Positions 60,383 through 64,000 of a DNA stretch of 64,000 nt are shown piece by piece. Under the pieces are notes generated by a model. The model was not told the DNA's origin. It made no database searches and saw only the letters and a program-made list of their open reading frames with translations. A program made the position numbers and the translations under genes. The stretch covers positions 1 to 64,000 of the forward strand of contig CAXWPJ010000001.1 of the NCBI GenBank assembly GCA_963664115.2, read 5' to 3'. The number at the start of each line of letters is the position of its first letter. Positions within the stretch are counted from its first letter, which is position 1. This DNA is from Terriglobia bacterium (lineage in GTDB: Bacteria; Acidobacteriota; Terriglobia; 20CM-2-55-15).

Positions 60383-61111
60383 CTATGACCCACCCTGCTT
60401 TGTGCCCCAGTGCAGCGCTGCGACGCCGCCCGTAAGGTTCCGGTATTGGACTCTTTCGAAACCGACGGACGTGATTATGGCGGCGAGCTCACTTTGGGAT
60501 GGAAAGCGGCCGACGGAATCGGGTAGGTACTGGTAGGGCCCCTCGGCTCCAGATATCCAGGCGCCAAGACGGGGCAGGATGTGGCTGAAGTAGAACGCGA
60601 ATACTGATCGAAACACCGGCAACACCGGTCGCGAGAATTCCAGTATGACGCAGCTCCCTCCGGGTTCAAGGACGCGATGCATTTCCTTGAGTCCCTGCTC
60701 GATGACCTCCACATTACGCAGACCGAATGCGATGGTTACGAAACGGAAGGTGCCCTCACGAAACGGAAGCGCCATCGCATCCGCATCGCTGAGTTTGCTG
60801 GTCGACTGGTTCGGGCCCGATCCGAGCTTTTCCTGTGCGTGGAGCAGCATCGGATGACAGAAGTCCGCCCCTACGACCTGGAGGCCAAGCCGACGCTGGA
60901 GTTCAAGCATCAGATCGCCGGTGCCTGTGCAGAGGTCGAGGCACATGTCGTCCGGGGAGGGTTCCATCGAGCGTATCAGGCGGACCGTGCGCCGCCGCCA
61001 GGATCGGTCGATCTGAAACGAAAGCAGCCGGTTCAGCAGATCGTAGCGACCGGCGATCGCTGCGAACATTCTCTGGACATCGGGCCCGGGTGGAGCCCGG
61101 TATGCGTTCAT
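60383..61111 (-). CDS. ubiE: UbiE/MenG quinone C-methyltransferase
   Basis: MFAAIAGRYDLLNRLLS, LDLCTGTGD, IAFGLRNV, YQYLPDSV. Confidence 0.92.
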   Translation of the reverse strand: MNAYRAPPGPDVQRMFAAIAGRYDLLNRLLSFQIDRSWRRRTVRLIRSMEPSPDDMCLDLCTGTGDLMLELQRRLGLQVVGADFCHPMLLHAQEKLGSGPNQSTSKLSDADAMALPFREGTFRFVTIAFGLRNVEVIEQGLKEMHRVLEPGGSCVILEFSRPVLPVFRSVFAFYFSHILPRLGAWISGAEGPYQYLPDSVGRFPSQSELAAIITSVGFERVQYRNLTGGVAALHWGTKQGGS

Positions 61112-62175
61112 TGGGACACGCTCCGGATAACTGTAGCGACGAGCTTCGGAGAGATACCCGCCTCTACGTCCACCTTGCCGACCCGGCGCGGCAGTACGAA
61201 ATGAATGCTTCCGTCACGAATTTTCTTGTCATGTCGCATCGACTTCATCATTTCCTTCACGGGCAGATCCGCGATTGAAGGCAAGGTGCCGATCGACTGG
61301 ATCGCCGTGACTATCCTGGACGCTTCGTTCCCGCTGATGCGTCGCAGCTGTTGGGCAATCCTCGTCGCTGCGATCATGCCGTGCCCGACAGCCTCGCCGT
61401 GCTTGATTCCGCGGTAGTGTGATGCGGCTTCGATTGCATGACCCAGCGTGTGTCCAAAGTTTAAAATTCGGCGCAACCCGTTTTCTTTTTCATCGATCCC
61501 TACGACATCGGCTTTGATTCGCAGGCACCGGTAGACCAGGTCCTCCAGAACCCGCGGTTCTTTCCGAAGGATTGCCGGAAGGCGGCGTTCGAAGTGATCA
61601 AAAAGATTCCGGTCGCGGATCACACCGTACTTGAGAGCTTCCCAGAGACCGCTCCGATAATCCCGTTCCGGGAGTGAAGCGAGCAGCCCCGGATCGGCGA
61701 TGACCAAGGGTGGCTGATGGAAGCACCCGATGAGGTTCTTGCCTGCTGCATGGTTGACGCCTGTCTTTCCTCCCACGCTGGAATCGACCTGGGCCAGAAG
61801 GGTCGTGGGTACCTGGACAACCGCGATACCTCTCAAGTAGATGGAAGCCGCAAATCCTGCGACGTCACCCACGACTCCTCCGCCGAGCGCTATAACAGTG
61901 GATTGCCGGGTCAAGCCCAGTTCGAGCATGGCATCGATCAAGCGGCTTACCGTTCGGAGTGTCTTGGCACGTTCCCCATCAGAAATCGTCACAATCGGGT
62001 TTCGACCCAATGGCCGCTTTCCGACGTGGCTGAGCACCTTCTTCTGGGATACAACCATGAAGGGCGGCCCGAGGCCAGCGTCCGCGAGGTGCTCCATTAT
62101 GTTCTCGTATGCACCGGTGCTCACAAGAATCCGGGACTGTGATGCTTTAAGCTTCAAAGTTATTTTCTTCATCAC
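61108..62175 (-). CDS. aroB: 3-dehydroquinate synthase
   Basis: GGGVVGD, PTTLLAQVDSSVGGKTG, LNFGHTLGHAIE, HGEAV, DKK. Confidence 0.96.
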   Translation of the reverse strand: MMKKITLKLKASQSRILVSTGAYENIMEHLADAGLGPPFMVVSQKKVLSHVGKRPLGRNPIVTISDGERAKTLRTVSRLIDAMLELGLTRQSTVIALGGGVVGDVAGFAASIYLRGIAVVQVPTTLLAQVDSSVGGKTGVNHAAGKNLIGCFHQPPLVIADPGLLASLPERDYRSGLWEALKYGVIRDRNLFDHFERRLPAILRKEPRVLEDLVYRCLRIKADVVGIDEKENGLRRILNFGHTLGHAIEAASHYRGIKHGEAVGHGMIAATRIAQQLRRISGNEASRIVTAIQSIGTLPSIADLPVKEMMKSMRHDKKIRDGSIHFVLPRRVGKVDVEAGISPKLVATVIRSVSQ

Positions 62176-62182
62176 ATAAACG

Positions 62183-62211
62183 AAACGGGCGGCCTATTGG
62201 GCCGCCCGTTT
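62183..62211 (-). terminator. Rho-independent terminator-like hairpin after the S41 protease gene
   Basis: aaacgggcggcc-tattg-ggccgcccgttt, with short A/T runs on both sides. Confidence 0.7.
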
Positions 62212-62239
62212 ATAGACAAAAAGGTCCGGAACTGATCGA

Positions 62240-63832
62240 TTACCTGCGTTGAGCTATTTCACCGCGTGCTCTTGCGGCCAGATTTCCGGCCTCAGGTAAG
62301 AGTTCCAATGCGGCCAGGATTTGCTCATCTCCCTCCAGGAGAACCCGGGTGGCCTCCGCCACTCCAAAACGGCTGTAGAAGATTTCGTATTTGATCTTCA
62401 GCGCAACGTAGTCTTGATTTTCGGCGACAGCAGCGTCGGTGATCTCAATATCTCTTTCCCGGATGTGTGCGATGAAGTCGGCTATCATTTCATCGGACAC
62501 CTCGAAGGACAGATCGACGACGGGGTTGTCTTGAAGGAAATCCTGGGCATAGGTATAGAAGACGAAACGTTTGTCCATCACATCCTGGGACTCGTTTAAC
62601 TCGCCCATCGAAACCAGTTCATCGGGAGTGATGCCGCCCCCGCCATACACAATCCGTCCCAGGTCCGAGTACTTGATGTCGTCTTCGGAGGGAGCGGGTG
62701 GTGTGCCGCGCTGGTTGTAGTAGTCGAATTCGGAAATCGTCGAGTAGTCCCGTTGAATCAAACGCCCGCTGGGCGTATACCACTTTTGTGTCGTCAGTGC
62801 GAGGCCGGCTCGTTTGTTCAGTGGAAAGACGGACTGCACCAATCCTTTGCCAAAACTTGTTTCACCGACAATGAGGCCTCTGTCGTGATCTTGAATCGCC
62901 CCGGCTACTATTTCCGATGCACTGGCACTTTGGTGGTTGATGACGACTACGAGCGGGTACAGGTTGTCGTCGTTGTCACGCTTAGACGCGTAGGGACGAT
63001 TGGATCCGCTCGTCCGTCCTCGAGTTTCGACGATAGTTTGATCTTTCTGGAGAAACGTTTCCGAAACATCAATGGCCTGTTGCAGGAGCCCACCCGGATT
63101 CCCGCGAAGGTCAAAAATGAGCCCATTGAGGTCGGCGTCGCGCAGGTCTCTGAGCGCCGCTCGGAGCTCGCTGCCGGTGGACTCTGCAAAGCTTTCGAGT
63201 TTGATGTAGCCGATACCGTCGCGAATGTGAAACGCGCTACTGATCGTAAACCTGGCGATTTCGTCGCGGACAATCGTGATTTCCAGGGGTTCGTCCACGC
63301 CCGGTCTCGCGATCGTCACGTCCACGGGTGTTCCCCGGGGTCCCTTCAATTTGCCAACAACTGAATTCAGATCAGACCCTTCGGTGGCCTCTCCATTCAC
63401 ATGGCTGATCACATCACCGACCCGCAAGCCGACCTTTTCAGCGGGTGCGCCGGGGAATGGCGGCGAAACGACCGTGACCTTGCCGAAGCGGCTGCTCACA
63501 GTGATTCCCAGACCAAAGTAACGTCCCTGCTGATCTTCTCTGAGCCGTGTAAAATCGTCAGGCGTAAAGAACTTCGAATGCGGATCCAGCGTCCGCAGCA
63601 TGCCGTCGATTGCCCCGTAGACGGCGGTCTCCGGGTTTACCTCCGTCGCGTGATTCTCTTCAACCAGGCTCAGCAAGGTTGTAAATGTCTTGAGAGCGTC
63701 ATCCAGTTCTTCCTCGACTTCTTCAACTCTCACCCGGGCTTCGAGTTGCGTACCGTAAAGACTTCCGAACAGCGCAATGGCACATAGAATGGCGGTCCAG
63801 AAAAGTATTGTCCGGGATGATCGTAGCTTCAT
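62240..63832 (-). CDS. S41 family C-terminal processing protease (CtpA/Prc-like)
   Basis: GMLRTLDPHS, PDZ domain, DLRGNPGG, SASASEIVAG, SFGKGLVQ, YTPSGRLIQ, GGITPD. Confidence 0.94.
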   Translation of the reverse strand: MKLRSSRTILFWTAILCAIALFGSLYGTQLEARVRVEEVEEELDDALKTFTTLLSLVEENHATEVNPETAVYGAIDGMLRTLDPHSKFFTPDDFTRLREDQQGRYFGLGITVSSRFGKVTVVSPPFPGAPAEKVGLRVGDVISHVNGEATEGSDLNSVVGKLKGPRGTPVDVTIARPGVDEPLEITIVRDEIARFTISSAFHIRDGIGYIKLESFAESTGSELRAALRDLRDADLNGLIFDLRGNPGGLLQQAIDVSETFLQKDQTIVETRGRTSGSNRPYASKRDNDDNLYPLVVVINHQSASASEIVAGAIQDHDRGLIVGETSFGKGLVQSVFPLNKRAGLALTTQKWYTPSGRLIQRDYSTISEFDYYNQRGTPPAPSEDDIKYSDLGRIVYGGGGITPDELVSMGELNESQDVMDKRFVFYTYAQDFLQDNPVVDLSFEVSDEMIADFIAHIRERDIEITDAAVAENQDYVALKIKYEIFYSRFGVAEATRVLLEGDEQILAALELLPEAGNLAARARGEIAQRR

Positions 63833-64000
63833 GTGAACCCCTTTCGAAACGAGTGTGTCGATTATAACAAAAGGACTCGGACAAATTCGAGGAACAAATC
63901 CTTTGTTTTGTGAGGATCACGGAATGCGATCCCCCGTTTGTTGAAGGAACTTTAATTTGACGCCATTTCACGCCTGCCGCTATGATGAATTGAACTTTTG

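Noticed and set aside
1-64000. tRNA/rRNA genes, prophage or defence systems
   Set aside because: None recognisable by eye; a tRNAscan/DefenseFinder run would be needed to be certain.

Overview
GC-rich (roughly 60%) bacterial chromosomal segment. Gene content and order (DUF6677, DUF6152, a long-N-terminus Hfq-like protein, split cox subunit III) suggest Acidobacteriota; this is an inference. Most of the window is housekeeping or metabolic: a Yej/Opp-like peptide ABC operon, an A1-type cytochrome c oxidase operon, lysC, gltBD with a divergent LysR regulator, HU, dcd, Mrp/ApbC, murB, tesA-ybbAP, yggS-yggU, thiI-tmk-holB, hfq-like, pdxA, fur-like, rseP-dxr-cdsA-uppS, truA, pilD with three minor pilins, ubiE, aroB and an S41 protease. 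There are two inverted copies of one IS1380-family element. Copy 1 is intact with a TCTAG duplication. Copy 2 is frameshifted, has non-matching flanks, and joins the start of a HAD-like gene to a 5'-truncated volactin/Mad28-like actin homologue that converges on a bactofilin. The most striking unannotated signal is a ~235-nt non-coding element present twice, 43 kb apart (16812-17046 and 60088-60321). It has three hairpins conserved by five compensatory base-pair changes and mostly GGA/UCC-containing loops, which makes it a candidate new structured-RNA family. Intergenic space also holds a ~300-bp MITE-like element, several families of periodic palindromic repeats, a 110-bp tandem duplication and a 6S-RNA-like candidate. 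All family assignments are by eye; no database searches were run.
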